A stretch of DNA of 64,000 nucleotides from a virus. Of this stretch, positions 49,054-58,276 are shown piece after piece. The position numbers and the translations under genes are program-made. Position 1 is the stretch's first letter, and every line of letters begins with the position of its first letter. The notes under the pieces are model-generated. The model did not search any database. It was given only the letters and a program-made list of their open reading frames with translations, and was not told where the DNA came from. Location: the IMG/VR virus record IMGVR_UViG_3300036826_000567, positions 34,898-98,897 of that record. One strand, given 5' to 3'.

Positions 49054-49944
49054 ATGCATACGTTACTGTGGGAACTGAAGGCATTATGTGATCGCGTGCA
49101 TGAGGGGAGTTACCACTATCGCCAGAAGCGCAGTGAGGTGCTGTTGCTGGCGGCGCGGCAACTGACGACGCGGGTCGAGCGTGGGGGGCTGGGGTATACG
49201 CAGATGCGGCTGGGGGATTTCGAGCGCAAGCATAGCCGCAAGCTGCTGGCGCTGTGGCAGTCGCAAGGGTTGACGGTAGAGACCCTGATGAATCGGTATG
49301 CCCATCTCCGGTGGTGGTGTGAAAAGATCGGCAAGCCGGACGTCATTCCGCCCACCAATGACTTTATCAAGGGGGAGCGCACGGGCGAGGTGGCGACGGT
49401 CTCGAAGGGGCAGCGGCTGACGCCAGAGGAACTGGAGCGGATCAGCGATCCATGGATACGGCTCTCGGTGGAATTACAGCAGGCGTTTGGGCTCAGGCGC
49501 GAAGAGGCCATCTGCATCCGGCCGCACCGGGCGGACCAGGGGGACCGGCTCTGGCTGAAGGGGAGCTGGTGCAAAGGGGGCCGGGAGCGGACGATCCCGA
49601 TTGAAACCGCCGAGCAGCGGGCGCTCCTCGACCGGGCCAAGGCGTTTGTGCGCTGGAAGGACGCCAGCCTGATTCCGCCAGGGAAGCAGAGCTATCAACA
49701 GATCAATCGCTATACGTATGTGATCAAGCAGGCGGGGCTGGCGGCGCTGCATGGGCTGCGCCACGGGCATTTTCAGGAGAAGTATGCCGCACTCACGGGG
49801 CATCCGGTGCCGGTCGAGGGTGGACCCTCGCGCCGAGAGATGACCGAGGACGAGCGCCAGCGGGATAGCGAGGTACGCCAGCAGCTCGCCGAGGAACTCG
49901 GGCATGGGCGGGCACGGGTGACCTCACACTATTTTGGACGCTAG
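49054..49944 (+). CDS. Tyrosine-recombinase-fold protein (Phage_int_SAM_2 + Integrase_1 type)
   Basis: LKALC..EGS..R..L..Q..LGY..KH..W..T..NR..LRWW.EKIGK N-domain; FGLRREEA, KGGRER, HGLRH, ELGHGR..TSHY catalytic set. Confidence 0.88.
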   Translation: MHTLLWELKALCDRVHEGSYHYRQKRSEVLLLAARQLTTRVERGGLGYTQMRLGDFERKHSRKLLALWQSQGLTVETLMNRYAHLRWWCEKIGKPDVIPPTNDFIKGERTGEVATVSKGQRLTPEELERISDPWIRLSVELQQAFGLRREEAICIRPHRADQGDRLWLKGSWCKGGRERTIPIETAEQRALLDRAKAFVRWKDASLIPPGKQSYQQINRYTYVIKQAGLAALHGLRHGHFQEKYAALTGHPVPVEGGPSRREMTEDERQRDSEVRQQLAEELGHGRARVTSHYFGR

Positions 49945-49952
49945 GGAGCGGT

Positions 49953-50312
49953 ATGCCGCCGCGGGGGTATCGCAGTCCACAGTATCAGGCCTATATCCAG
50001 TCGCCACCGTGGCGGGCGTTGGCGGCCCAGGTGCGCCGGCGCGATGGCTACCGCTGTCGTCAGTGTGGGGCTCGAGGGCGATTGGATGTGCACCACCTGA
50101 CCTATGTGCGGTTCGGGCATGAACGTTTGGAGGATCTGCTCACGCTCTGCCGTCCGTGCCATGACGCGGCCCATGACCGTGTACCAGTGTCCGCGCCGAC
50201 GGGCCAAGGCCAGGGTTGTCTGCTGGCCGTGCTGCTCAGTCTGTGCTTCATCGTCATCCTCATCGTGCTCGCACATTTTCACCGCTTTGACGTCCTCCCC
50301 CCACTAAAGTAG
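49953..50312 (+). CDS. HNH endonuclease with C-terminal TM helix (3' end altered by IS)
   Basis: YI.SP.W..RRDGYRCRQCG..LDVHHLTY..DLLTLCRPCH; hydrophobic tail. Confidence 0.8.
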   Translation: MPPRGYRSPQYQAYIQSPPWRALAAQVRRRDGYRCRQCGARGRLDVHHLTYVRFGHERLEDLLTLCRPCHDAAHDRVPVSAPTGQGQGCLLAVLLSLCFIVILIVLAHFHRFDVLPPLK

Positions 50313-51350
50313 GGGGATTCCCGCAGGCGTAGCACGTCCGCTACGGAGTAAGATGTTATGTGCAGCATTGGTATCGCGATCATGCAGAACACCGCAACTG
50401 GTACAACACCATACCCTCACGTCCAGGCAACTCAGTCCACTCGGGCCGGTGCGACTACCACAGGCCGAGCAAGTTACCGTGGACCCGGATTCATTCACAT
50501 CGCAATATTCCACGCCAAGCCTCATGGCTTTGTATACAAGCATGGTACGAAACATGGACCAACCCGCATCATAGATCGATTTCGCCATGCGGGTCTTGGC
50601 AAGCTTCGAACTGGAGATATTGCCCACGGCAATCAACCGTGCCCGCTGCGCAATAGTGGTCGAGGTTTTATGTGCCCAGTCTTTGCGGCAATTGGCGATC
50701 TTGGCATGGATCGCGCTAACACGCCGCTTCTTATGGGCTCTCTGTACCATGGCCAAAGCATCTTCATAGGTACGCGTCAGATTCTTTCTCGAGTATTTGA
50801 CGCCATCGGAGCAGGCAATCAAGTCTTTCAAACCAAGGTCAAGACCAATGTCAGCGGTCGAAGTCGAGGGCTGTGGCAGCTCAACTTCACACTGGATGTT
50901 GACGTACCAGCGTCCACGTGCGTCTTGCGTAAAGCTCCCAGTCTTCGGTGTGCCTTCGATCGGACGCGACGCCCAAAAGCGATAGCGGCGTTTCAGGTAC
51001 GTCAAGCTGTCGTCGTCCAGCTTGAGAAAGCGCAGCTTGAAGGGCACCCAGCCGAGCGAGCGCTTCCGACTACGCCACTTCAGCCGTCGCTTGCGACTGG
51101 CATAGCGCTTCCCCACATATTCCCGACAAATCTCGGAGATGGTGTCACTGTGCAGGCCAAGCTCCGCACTGGCACCAGCGGTCAAATTAATCAAGTCTAC
51201 CGCCGTCAAGAAGCGCTTATCACGGCGCAGCGCAAGCATGCTGACTTCATTACACCAGTTCCAGACAGTATTGACAGCCCAGCTCAGCCGCCTGAGGTGT
51301 TTGCCTTTGGTCGCATCTTTGATGCGGTAGCGAAACGTCAGTATCGACAT
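50304..51350 (-). CDS. tnpB: TnpB with rearranged RuvC-II
   Basis: GLDLG; IAVGN in place of the canonical Glu; alternative Glu in VNES; CSACG..CTSCG; DRDTNAA. Confidence 0.93.
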   Translation of the reverse strand: MSILTFRYRIKDATKGKHLRRLSWAVNTVWNWCNEVSMLALRRDKRFLTAVDLINLTAGASAELGLHSDTISEICREYVGKRYASRKRRLKWRSRKRSLGWVPFKLRFLKLDDDSLTYLKRRYRFWASRPIEGTPKTGSFTQDARGRWYVNIQCEVELPQPSTSTADIGLDLGLKDLIACSDGVKYSRKNLTRTYEDALAMVQRAHKKRRVSAIHAKIANCRKDWAHKTSTTIAQRARLIAVGNISSSKLAKTRMAKSIYDAGWSMFRTMLVYKAMRLGVEYCDVNESGSTVTCSACGSRTGPSGLSCLDVRVWCCTSCGVLHDRDTNAAHNILLRSGRATPAGIPLL

Positions 51351-51496
51351 TATTTGACACCTTCGCGCTTAGCCTGGTTTCGAATGGCAAGTTCGAGCAC
51401 GGCAGCTTGGCTAATGCTCAGCTTCTCCGCGATGGCAGCGAGTAACCGTTTAGCCTCTAAACTCAAGCGAACACTCGTTAATTGCTTCGTTTTCAT
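51350..51496 (-). CDS. RHH/CopG-family protein in the TnpB element
   Basis: TSVRLSLEAKRLLAAIAEKLSISQAAVLELAIR. Confidence 0.8.
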   Translation of the reverse strand: MKTKQLTSVRLSLEAKRLLAAIAEKLSISQAAVLELAIRNQAKREGVK

Positions 51497-51609
51497 AGCG
51501 CATATTGTAACACATAATGCGCTACATTTCAACCATGTTGCCCTTGTGGGGCAAGGCGCATTCCTCCCCGGCCTTTAGTCCGGGGAGGAATGCACCGTTA
51601 GGAGCGCCT

Positions 51610-53139
51610 ATGTCCCGACTCGTATGCTCGGCTTATGTCCTCGCGTTGCTCCTTCTGACGGCTTCCGCTCCCTCGGCGGCGACGTTCTACCTCAATCCCG
51701 CGACCGGCGCGGACAGCAACCCTGGCACCCAGGCGGCCCCGTGGAAGACGCTCCGCAAGCTCATGGCCAGTGTCGGCCCTGGCGATACCGTGACCATCCA
51801 GCCCGGCAGCTATACGCAGGACCAGTGGGTGCCGGGCGGGGGCTATGAGCTCTGGACCGAGGCGCAGGGGCGGGGCCACCCGGGGGCGCCGATTACGATC
51901 CAGGCCGCGACCCCTGGCAGCGTCACCTTCAACGGGCAGCAAAACACGTACTGGGTCTACCTGTATAGTACCGGGGCGCCGTACTACCTCGTGTTCAAAA
52001 ACCTCACGTTCCAGAACTATCGCGGCGTCGCCCTCGGCATTGGCGGGAGTTACGTCGCGGTGCTCACCTGTACGTTTGAAAACTTCTCGCCGCAGTTGAC
52101 GGCTCCGATCGCCATCGGGGACGCGCATCACGTGATTGCGCAGGGGAACCGCATGAAGAATATCGGTGATCCGCGCCTGGGCGGCGCGCCGCCACCGGAT
52201 AGTCAGCATTTCATCTATGTCGCCGAGAATGTCCAACACGTGGTGATCGACCGCAATGTCATGGAAGGCAACTCTGGCTTCGGCATCCACTTCTGGGGCC
52301 ATAGCAACTTTGGCGTGACGACGCAGCAGAGCATCGTGCGGCGCAACGTGGTGGTCAATGCGTGGGATACGACGATGATCCTGGCCGGCACCAACTACCG
52401 CAACACGTATGTCTATAACAATACGTTCTACCAGGAGCGCGTGCCCTTTCCGGCGGTGAACCAGGACATGGCCCTGACGATGCTCTCCTGGCACCTGGGG
52501 ACACAGCTCAGCCATACGCGGGTGGTGAATAACATCGGGCGCGGCTATGTGCAGTACGGCGCCGTGTGGTCCGATGACAATAGCCGGTTTGGCGGCGATC
52601 TCCTGCTTGACTACAACCTCTGGCAAAACCTGGCGGCCCCCGCGCAGCTCTATACCTGGAGTGCCGCCGCCTATGACCAGCAGACCTTTCGCGGGGCACT
52701 CGGCTATGAGCCGCACAGCCTGGCCGTCGATCCGCGCTTCGGGGACGAGACGGGCCGCGATTTCACGCTGCAGCCGGGCTCCCCCGCCATCGACGCGGGG
52801 ACGTTCCTCACGACGACGGTGGGGAGTGGTAGTGGCACGACCCTCCCGGTCCAGGACGCGGGGTATTTCCACGATGGCTATGGGTTGGTGGCGGGCGACG
52901 TGGTGCAGCTGGAAGGGGGCCCGGCGGCGCAGGTGACCGCGGTCGACTACGACCGCAATGTGCTGACGCTGGCCACGGCGGTGACGTGGCGGGCCGGCCA
53001 GGGCGTGGCGCAGCGCTACACGGGGAAAGCGCCCGACATGGGAGCCAAGGAATTTGGCCTCAGCAGTGACGATGACGCGCCCCTGCCCCCGGTCCTGCCC
53101 GCGCCCTATGACCTGCGGCTGGGCAAGATCGTGCGCTGA
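51610..53139 (+). CDS. Secreted beta-helix protein, paralogue of the N-terminal half of 6566-9160
   Basis: Signal peptide; shared PWKTL, PITIQA, GSG.T.L.V.DAGYFHDG.GL.AGD and PDMGA.E motifs. Confidence 0.85.
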   Translation: MSRLVCSAYVLALLLLTASAPSAATFYLNPATGADSNPGTQAAPWKTLRKLMASVGPGDTVTIQPGSYTQDQWVPGGGYELWTEAQGRGHPGAPITIQAATPGSVTFNGQQNTYWVYLYSTGAPYYLVFKNLTFQNYRGVALGIGGSYVAVLTCTFENFSPQLTAPIAIGDAHHVIAQGNRMKNIGDPRLGGAPPPDSQHFIYVAENVQHVVIDRNVMEGNSGFGIHFWGHSNFGVTTQQSIVRRNVVVNAWDTTMILAGTNYRNTYVYNNTFYQERVPFPAVNQDMALTMLSWHLGTQLSHTRVVNNIGRGYVQYGAVWSDDNSRFGGDLLLDYNLWQNLAAPAQLYTWSAAAYDQQTFRGALGYEPHSLAVDPRFGDETGRDFTLQPGSPAIDAGTFLTTTVGSGSGTTLPVQDAGYFHDGYGLVAGDVVQLEGGPAAQVTAVDYDRNVLTLATAVTWRAGQGVAQRYTGKAPDMGAKEFGLSSDDDAPLPPVLPAPYDLRLGKIVR

Positions 53140-53148
53140 TCCTCGGCG

Positions 53149-53478
53149 CTAGACGTTGTGGCCCTCTCCCGGCGCGGCCTCATCCTCTGCGAAACTCTCC
53201 AGGGCCGCATAGCATGCCTCGGGCAGTCCTGCCATCAGGGCTGGTGCGCCATGGTGCTGCGCCCACCCGACGGTGCCAGGGACGCAGGTGCAGGGCTCGT
53301 CGGGGGGCGTGTGTATCTGGGCGGGGGTCGGGAGAGGGAGAGGCTTCCAGTTGACGACCAGGCCGCGGAGATAGTGCGTGATGACCGCTGAGGGACTCGT
53401 TTTGTGCTCCTCGCAGGCACGGTAAAACTGTGCCCACAGGTCCTTATCAACGCGGATTGCAGGAAAGATGTCTGCCAT
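53149..53478 (-). CDS. RHH-like hypothetical protein
   Basis: AIRVDKDLWAQF..C..TSPSAVI..YLR. Confidence 0.5.
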   Translation of the reverse strand: MADIFPAIRVDKDLWAQFYRACEEHKTSPSAVITHYLRGLVVNWKPLPLPTPAQIHTPPDEPCTCVPGTVGWAQHHGAPALMAGLPEACYAALESFAEDEAAPGEGHNV

Positions 53479-53487
53479 CCTCTCCTC

Positions 53488-54066
53488 CTAGTCCACCGGT
53501 GAGGCGGTGGCTTTGGCCTGGTTGAGGGCCTTGCTAATCGTCTGCCGCGAGCAGTGCAGCTCTTTGGCCATGTCGGTAATCGTCCTGTGGTCCCGCTCCA
53601 TCCCATAGACGCGGTATAAGTCCTGCTGGCTCAGGCGTGGGGGTCTGCCGCCTTTTCTGCCCCTGGCACGGGCAGCCTGGAGTCCGGCCTGTGTCCGTTC
53701 AATAATCAGATTGCGCTCCAACTCGGCAAACGCGGCGAGGATGGTAAAGAAGCATTTGCCAGCGGGCGTGGTCGTATCGATGTTATCCTGGAGACTCTTG
53801 AGCCCAACACCCTTGTGCGCAAGCTCCTCGGCAAACTCAATCAGTCCCTTCACGGTGCGTCCGAGGCGGTCCAGCTTCCAGACCACGAGGGTATGGGGGC
53901 CAGCTTGACAGCACCGGACAGCCGCGGCCAGTTGGGGGCGTTCCATGCGGGCACCAGACGCCACTTCTTCATAGACATCGACGCAGCCGGCTTGATAGAG
54001 GGCGTCCTTTTGGAGGTTCAAAGATTGGTCCTCGGTACTCACGCGTGCATACCCTATGAGGTTCAT
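53488..54066 (-). CDS. Small serine recombinase (resolvase/invertase)
   Basis: IGYARVSTEDQ, LVVWKLDRLGR, AELERNLIIERT..GL.AARARGRKGGRPP; C-terminal HTH. Confidence 0.95.
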   Translation of the reverse strand: MNLIGYARVSTEDQSLNLQKDALYQAGCVDVYEEVASGARMERPQLAAAVRCCQAGPHTLVVWKLDRLGRTVKGLIEFAEELAHKGVGLKSLQDNIDTTTPAGKCFFTILAAFAELERNLIIERTQAGLQAARARGRKGGRPPRLSQQDLYRVYGMERDHRTITDMAKELHCSRQTISKALNQAKATASPVD

Positions 54067-54107
54067 GATAGAATAGAGTCCTTCCAGCTAAGCAGATGGT
54101 GGTTGAT

Positions 54108-54141
54108 GGCCCTAGAAGACGTTGCAGGTCTTGCTAGGGCC
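54108..54141. promoter_or_regulatory. Inverted repeat upstream of the resolvase (candidate res/binding site)
   Basis: GGCCCTAGAAGAC-N7-GTCTTGCTAGGGCC. Confidence 0.4.
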
Positions 54142-54149
54142 GTTTGTTG

Positions 54150-54878
54150 TTAGGGCACTATGCGCCCACTATAGAGGCCAATGCTTTCCTTGTTTGGGTC
54201 TGCCTGCGGTGTCGCTTCAGCGCTCGTCCTCAGCGGGATCATTCGGTGTTGCCAGGGAAAGCGTCGCAAGGCATCATGGAGAAGATCGGCCCGCCGAAGA
54301 CGCCCGGATGCCATCCATTCCCGCGCTTCGAGCTCCAGGTATTCAGCAAATTGGAGCGGGTCGAGCGCCATAATCTGGGCGTGTAGTTCATCCACACACC
54401 GGCGTTGGAGTTGTCGCCACTCCCAATACTTGGCACCTAAGAACGCGCCGCCAGTGGTGAGTCCCAAGCTCAGCACACCAGAACCGATCCACCAGAGCAC
54501 CGTCCAAACCGTGCTCCAATCACGTGGGGTGCCACGGCGGTCGATCACCACCACAGATCCAGGATCAAGGGTGATGCTTTGTATGGGAGGGCTCGTGGCG
54601 TCCAGGAACAACGGCAGTCCTATAAGTACTCCCGCTAGCACCATACACATCATGCTCCGCATCACCATACCCTCTGCGAGTATGGACATGGCGCCCAGGA
54701 TGGCGAACAGGACCGCCGCGCCCTGGAGCGCGATGCGCAACATCTCCCCCGTGCGAGCGTGGCCAAAGTCATCAATGTCTGGAATGGCGCCTTGTGCAAA
54801 GACGCTCGGACTCATGAGCGTCATGATCACCACGACCACCGCTGCGATTGCTCCGACTTTATTCACGCACACCTCCAT
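54150..54878 (-). CDS. Membrane protein with pilin-like N-terminal half
   Basis: Leader ending SVFA, two hydrophobic helices, an additional TM and a soluble tail. Confidence 0.5.
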   Translation of the reverse strand: MEVCVNKVGAIAAVVVVIMTLMSPSVFAQGAIPDIDDFGHARTGEMLRIALQGAAVLFAILGAMSILAEGMVMRSMMCMVLAGVLIGLPLFLDATSPPIQSITLDPGSVVVIDRRGTPRDWSTVWTVLWWIGSGVLSLGLTTGGAFLGAKYWEWRQLQRRCVDELHAQIMALDPLQFAEYLELEAREWMASGRLRRADLLHDALRRFPWQHRMIPLRTSAEATPQADPNKESIGLYSGRIVP

Positions 54879-55053
54879 TCTGTTACGTTACTCATCGCTC
54901 CTCTCTCATTCTTGAGCATTGATACTTGATACGGGTTCTTTAACACTAAAGCAGTCTCCAGGGGGGGCTCCTCTCTCTGCTGTTCCCCCTGCCGCAAACC
55001 GGACGTTTGTTAGCCCTCGCGGAGGTTGCAGGTCTGGCGAGGGTCGTTGTCAT

Positions 55054-55797
55054 TTATGGATACCAGTTCCACACCGGGTCTTTCCCGGTCACGCTGGGCA
55101 AGTACGTTCCATCTTGCTTATCAGGACGCACGTACTTGGCCAAGAAATCGACCTTCAGGGCGCGTGCGCCTCCCCGTTTCGGATCAATCAACTCATGACG
55201 CTCTACCCGCCACACCGCGCCCTCGACCGGATCAAGTGCGCCATGGCCCGAGGTCGTGATGGCCTCCAAGGCTGCCTCAATACTGTAGGGGCCACCGACA
55301 TGCAACACGCAGGGGCAGGCGACATCATAGGGCAGCACGCGCTCGACCAGCTGTCCCCATGGGAGTCGCACGTCGCCGCGCATCAAATCAAAAGCCACGA
55401 ACGGATCATCGTCTTTGATGGCGTAGCGGGTGCCATGCGCCTGCATCAGCCACTCCCCACAGAGGCGCTCACCATCTTCGAGTAAGTCGAGGAAGCGCTG
55501 CTGATGGCGATACACCCACTCGCCAAACCGCCAGTGCTGCTCATAGGGTGAGCTACTGGCGATATAGCCAGCGCGCGTCAGGGGGTAGAGGCGTCCGTCG
55601 ATCTTCGCTATCCCTACGTTACTTCCGTCTACTTTCTCTTGTACTATAATCACGTCATGCTTATCGCGGACCTTTTCGGTGGCGATGCGCTTCTGACCCT
55701 CATGACATTTGTGATCGCCAGGCCCCATACGCGACCCGGGTAAGTGCGCTATATGTCCATAGCTTTTCTGGCCTAGGGGCTTGCGGATATCTCGCAC
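55054..55797 (-). CDS. RNA ligase (Rnl2-like nucleotidyltransferase)
   Basis: Motif I QEKVDGSN; CGEW; FVAFD; EGAVWR; AKYV. Confidence 0.85.
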   Translation of the reverse strand: MRDIRKPLGQKSYGHIAHLPGSRMGPGDHKCHEGQKRIATEKVRDKHDVIIVQEKVDGSNVGIAKIDGRLYPLTRAGYIASSSPYEQHWRFGEWVYRHQQRFLDLLEDGERLCGEWLMQAHGTRYAIKDDDPFVAFDLMRGDVRLPWGQLVERVLPYDVACPCVLHVGGPYSIEAALEAITTSGHGALDPVEGAVWRVERHELIDPKRGGARALKVDFLAKYVRPDKQDGTYLPSVTGKDPVWNWYP

Positions 55798-55925
55798 GAG
55801 CTGTTTCCTTTCCACCGTTTTAGACTCACAACGAATCTTCACACATTGTTCCCCACACAAAGGGTCTCTAGAGGCCCTAAACTCTCCCGTTCCTCCTGTG
55901 TCCCTGAAAGAGGTGTTTGAGGATG

Positions 55926-56147
55926 TCAAACGTCAAACGCCCAGACCGGGTCATCATGCCCGCAGGCCTCACAGTGGCAGGCGTCCATGTCCTCCCAGGG
56001 CCGCGTCTCGTCCGTCACGGCTCCGGTGACCAGTGCCCGCTGTGGAGCATGGACATGCCAGGCCTCCCCCTCCTGGGTGAGCCGTATCTCCAGTGGATGC
56101 GTAATGAAGAACTCGCCCGTATTGCCACAGGCCGGACATTGGAACAT
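55926..56147 (-). CDS. Small zinc-ribbon protein
   Basis: CPACG..CEACG. Confidence 0.55.
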   Translation of the reverse strand: MFQCPACGNTGEFFITHPLEIRLTQEGEAWHVHAPQRALVTGAVTDETRPWEDMDACHCEACGHDDPVWAFDV

Positions 56148-56297
56148 GGGTGCCTTCCTTTCCTCGAAGGCAGTCGTCGCTGCCGTATCTCACGCTCCGA
56201 GACAACTTGGTTATGGTAGAATCGTCTCGACGGGAAGCAAGCCCGTCGGGACAGGGTGGGAGGGAGGAGGCCCGGCCTCCTCCCCTGCTTGCCTCCA

Positions 56298-56705
56298 TCA
56301 GCTGAGTCGCGTCAGCAAGCCCACCTCACTGTGCTGCGCCACAAATTCACGCCCCAGATGGCCTTTTAATGCCGGATCGGGGCGAAAGCCCTGGGGGAAC
56401 ACGAGCCTGAAGACCAGCGCCGTGTCCCCCGGCTCCATGGTAATTGTTTGTGGGTTCACGGGGATTGTCCCCGCGGGAAGCGCCGCCATGTCTTCCAGAC
56501 CGGCTGCGGTTTCGGGATACCTTATTGTCGAATGCCACGGGTACCCCGTACCCTGGCAGGTGCGACAGGTCTCCCCATCCACCTGCCCGCTGCTGTGATC
56601 GCAGACACAGGTGGTGAGCCAGGCTCGGGCCTGGTCCACGGTCAGGGGTGTGTAGCGCCAGTCACCGAAGGTGGTCAGGACGGCGCTGTTCAGCAGATAT
56701 TGCAT
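56298..56705 (-). CDS. DUF1874 / STIV-B116 / AcrIII-1-like protein (in frame with an upstream extension to 56969)
   Basis: LLNSAVLT..G..LTVDQARAWL..STIRYPETA..IPVN..ITMEPGDTALVFRL..GLLTR; strong internal RBS GAGGAGG. Confidence 0.7.
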   Translation of the reverse strand: MQYLLNSAVLTTFGDWRYTPLTVDQARAWLTTCVCDHSSGQVDGETCRTCQGTGYPWHSTIRYPETAAGLEDMAALPAGTIPVNPQTITMEPGDTALVFRLVFPQGFRPDPALKGHLGREFVAQHSEVGLLTRLS

Positions 56706-56931
56706 GGGTATCCTCCTCGGCATGGACGGCAACTGCTCCAGCCCGGTATGCACCTCCCCAAGCCCGTCCCCCGTGCCAACAATAATGAAATCCCCTGCGA
56801 TTCTATCGATACCCAGCTCTGCGAGCTCTCGCATGACGGTTGGTAGCACCGCCCAGGCCTCGGCCTCAGTCGCAAAGCCGGTTTCGTAGGCCCCACGCTC
56901 TTCGTCCGTTGGGTCCGCTTTATATGCCTCT

Positions 56932-58276
56932 CTATCCCATAGGCCCCATGGGCTCATAAAGCACCTCATACTTTCTGCTGCGATCGCCTCCTCCCGGATT
57001 GGTGGTGCGGCGGATCACATAGGCAAATCCGTCTGGCACTTCGATAATATATCGTGTGTGCGCTGCGGCGCCGCGACCGTCTGTCTTGGTATGCACGGTG
57101 AGGCCCGAGAACTTCTTGGCATAGCCTGCCCGCTTCCACACCTGGTCACCAAACCGATCTTGCTCATAGGTTCCGACCTCAAGGTATTGCGACCAACTCC
57201 CGTTGTCTTTCGTCTCCGTGCGGATTTCGATCATTCTCACGCTCCCTCTGGGGCACTCACGCCCCGCTAGTCAGCGTTGTTGGCGAGCGTCAGCACCAGC
57301 GTATTGCCAGCGGTGGCACTCACGACGAGGTGCCGGTGGGCATTGCCTCCCACCTGGCGGACCCGGATGCCAGTGGACAACAGGGCCACTTCAATGATGC
57401 CGCCCGCGAGCGGCACGGTGATCACCGCATCGTGCGGCAGGTCATGCTCGGGTGTGCCCTGCGCTGGGCTGCGGTAGGTGGCACTTTCCCATGGAGCCAT
57501 CGCCCTCTCCTTCTGGGGGCCGGGTGGCCCCGCCCATGTTCTTCTCACGCCCGCGTGCCGACCACCCAGCCCGCACGCCAGCACCATCGTTTACGCACTG
57601 AGTACAGCCCGCAGCTGCTCCACGATCTCGACCATCTCCGGGGGAACTTCGGGCAGGGCCACGTTCCCCAGGAAGTAGTCCCAGGCCTGCCACACACACG
57701 GCGTCCACGGGAGCGGTCGCTGGTCATCGATGCGCACCCAGGGCGTGTGGATGCCCTCGCCGCTCCCCTCCGTGCAGAGCTCCAGCCGGGTGATGCTGCC
57801 GTACCGGGGCTGGGAGACCCTGCAGCCCTCCATCACGGCGGTCGTGCGGTAGTGCGCCACAAAATATTGCACGCCCGCGACGTCGAACACCAGCCCGTGC
57901 TCGTCATAGAGATGCCCCACAAACGCCTCACAGGGCGCCATCAGGGCGTCGTCAAAGGCCACATCATTGACGGGTGGGACTATCGTGAGTACACTTGCCA
58001 TATCCTGCTACTCCTTCTTCGCAGAGGGTCAGGGGTGAGCCCCACCAGCCCGGACAGGGGCGCGGTGGGGCTTGGGGTTTACGCCGGATAACTCCAACCT
58101 TCCACTTTCGCGGGCCTACTAAAGTCACCATTGACACCTTGACTGGCCGTATAGAGCTTGCGCCCTTGCCTGAGTAAGACAGGTCGCAGAAGCGTATTGT
58201 CTGACTGCACTTCGACAACGGTATAATACTGCTGCCGAATCTTTACGGTATCACCTGGCTTGCTCCATGCGACCAT
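56932..58276 (-). other. Four small hypothetical CDSs (56932-57240, 57267-57500, 57591-58001, 58079-58276)
   Basis: Each has an AG-rich RBS, most preceded by a GC hairpin. Confidence 0.55.

Larger units (their letters stand above)
50287..51596 (-). mobile_element. IS200/IS605-family non-autonomous element (RHH + tnpB)
   Basis: Right end GAATCCCCCTACTTTAGTGGGGGGAGGACG-TCAA (boundary 50287); left-end palindrome GCATTCCTCCCCGG..CCGGGGAGGAATGC at 51558-51593. Confidence 0.8.

Noticed and set aside
6566-53139. Paralogous beta-helix genes as DGR template/variable repeats
   Set aside because: No reverse transcriptase in the window, and divergence is general rather than adenine-specific.
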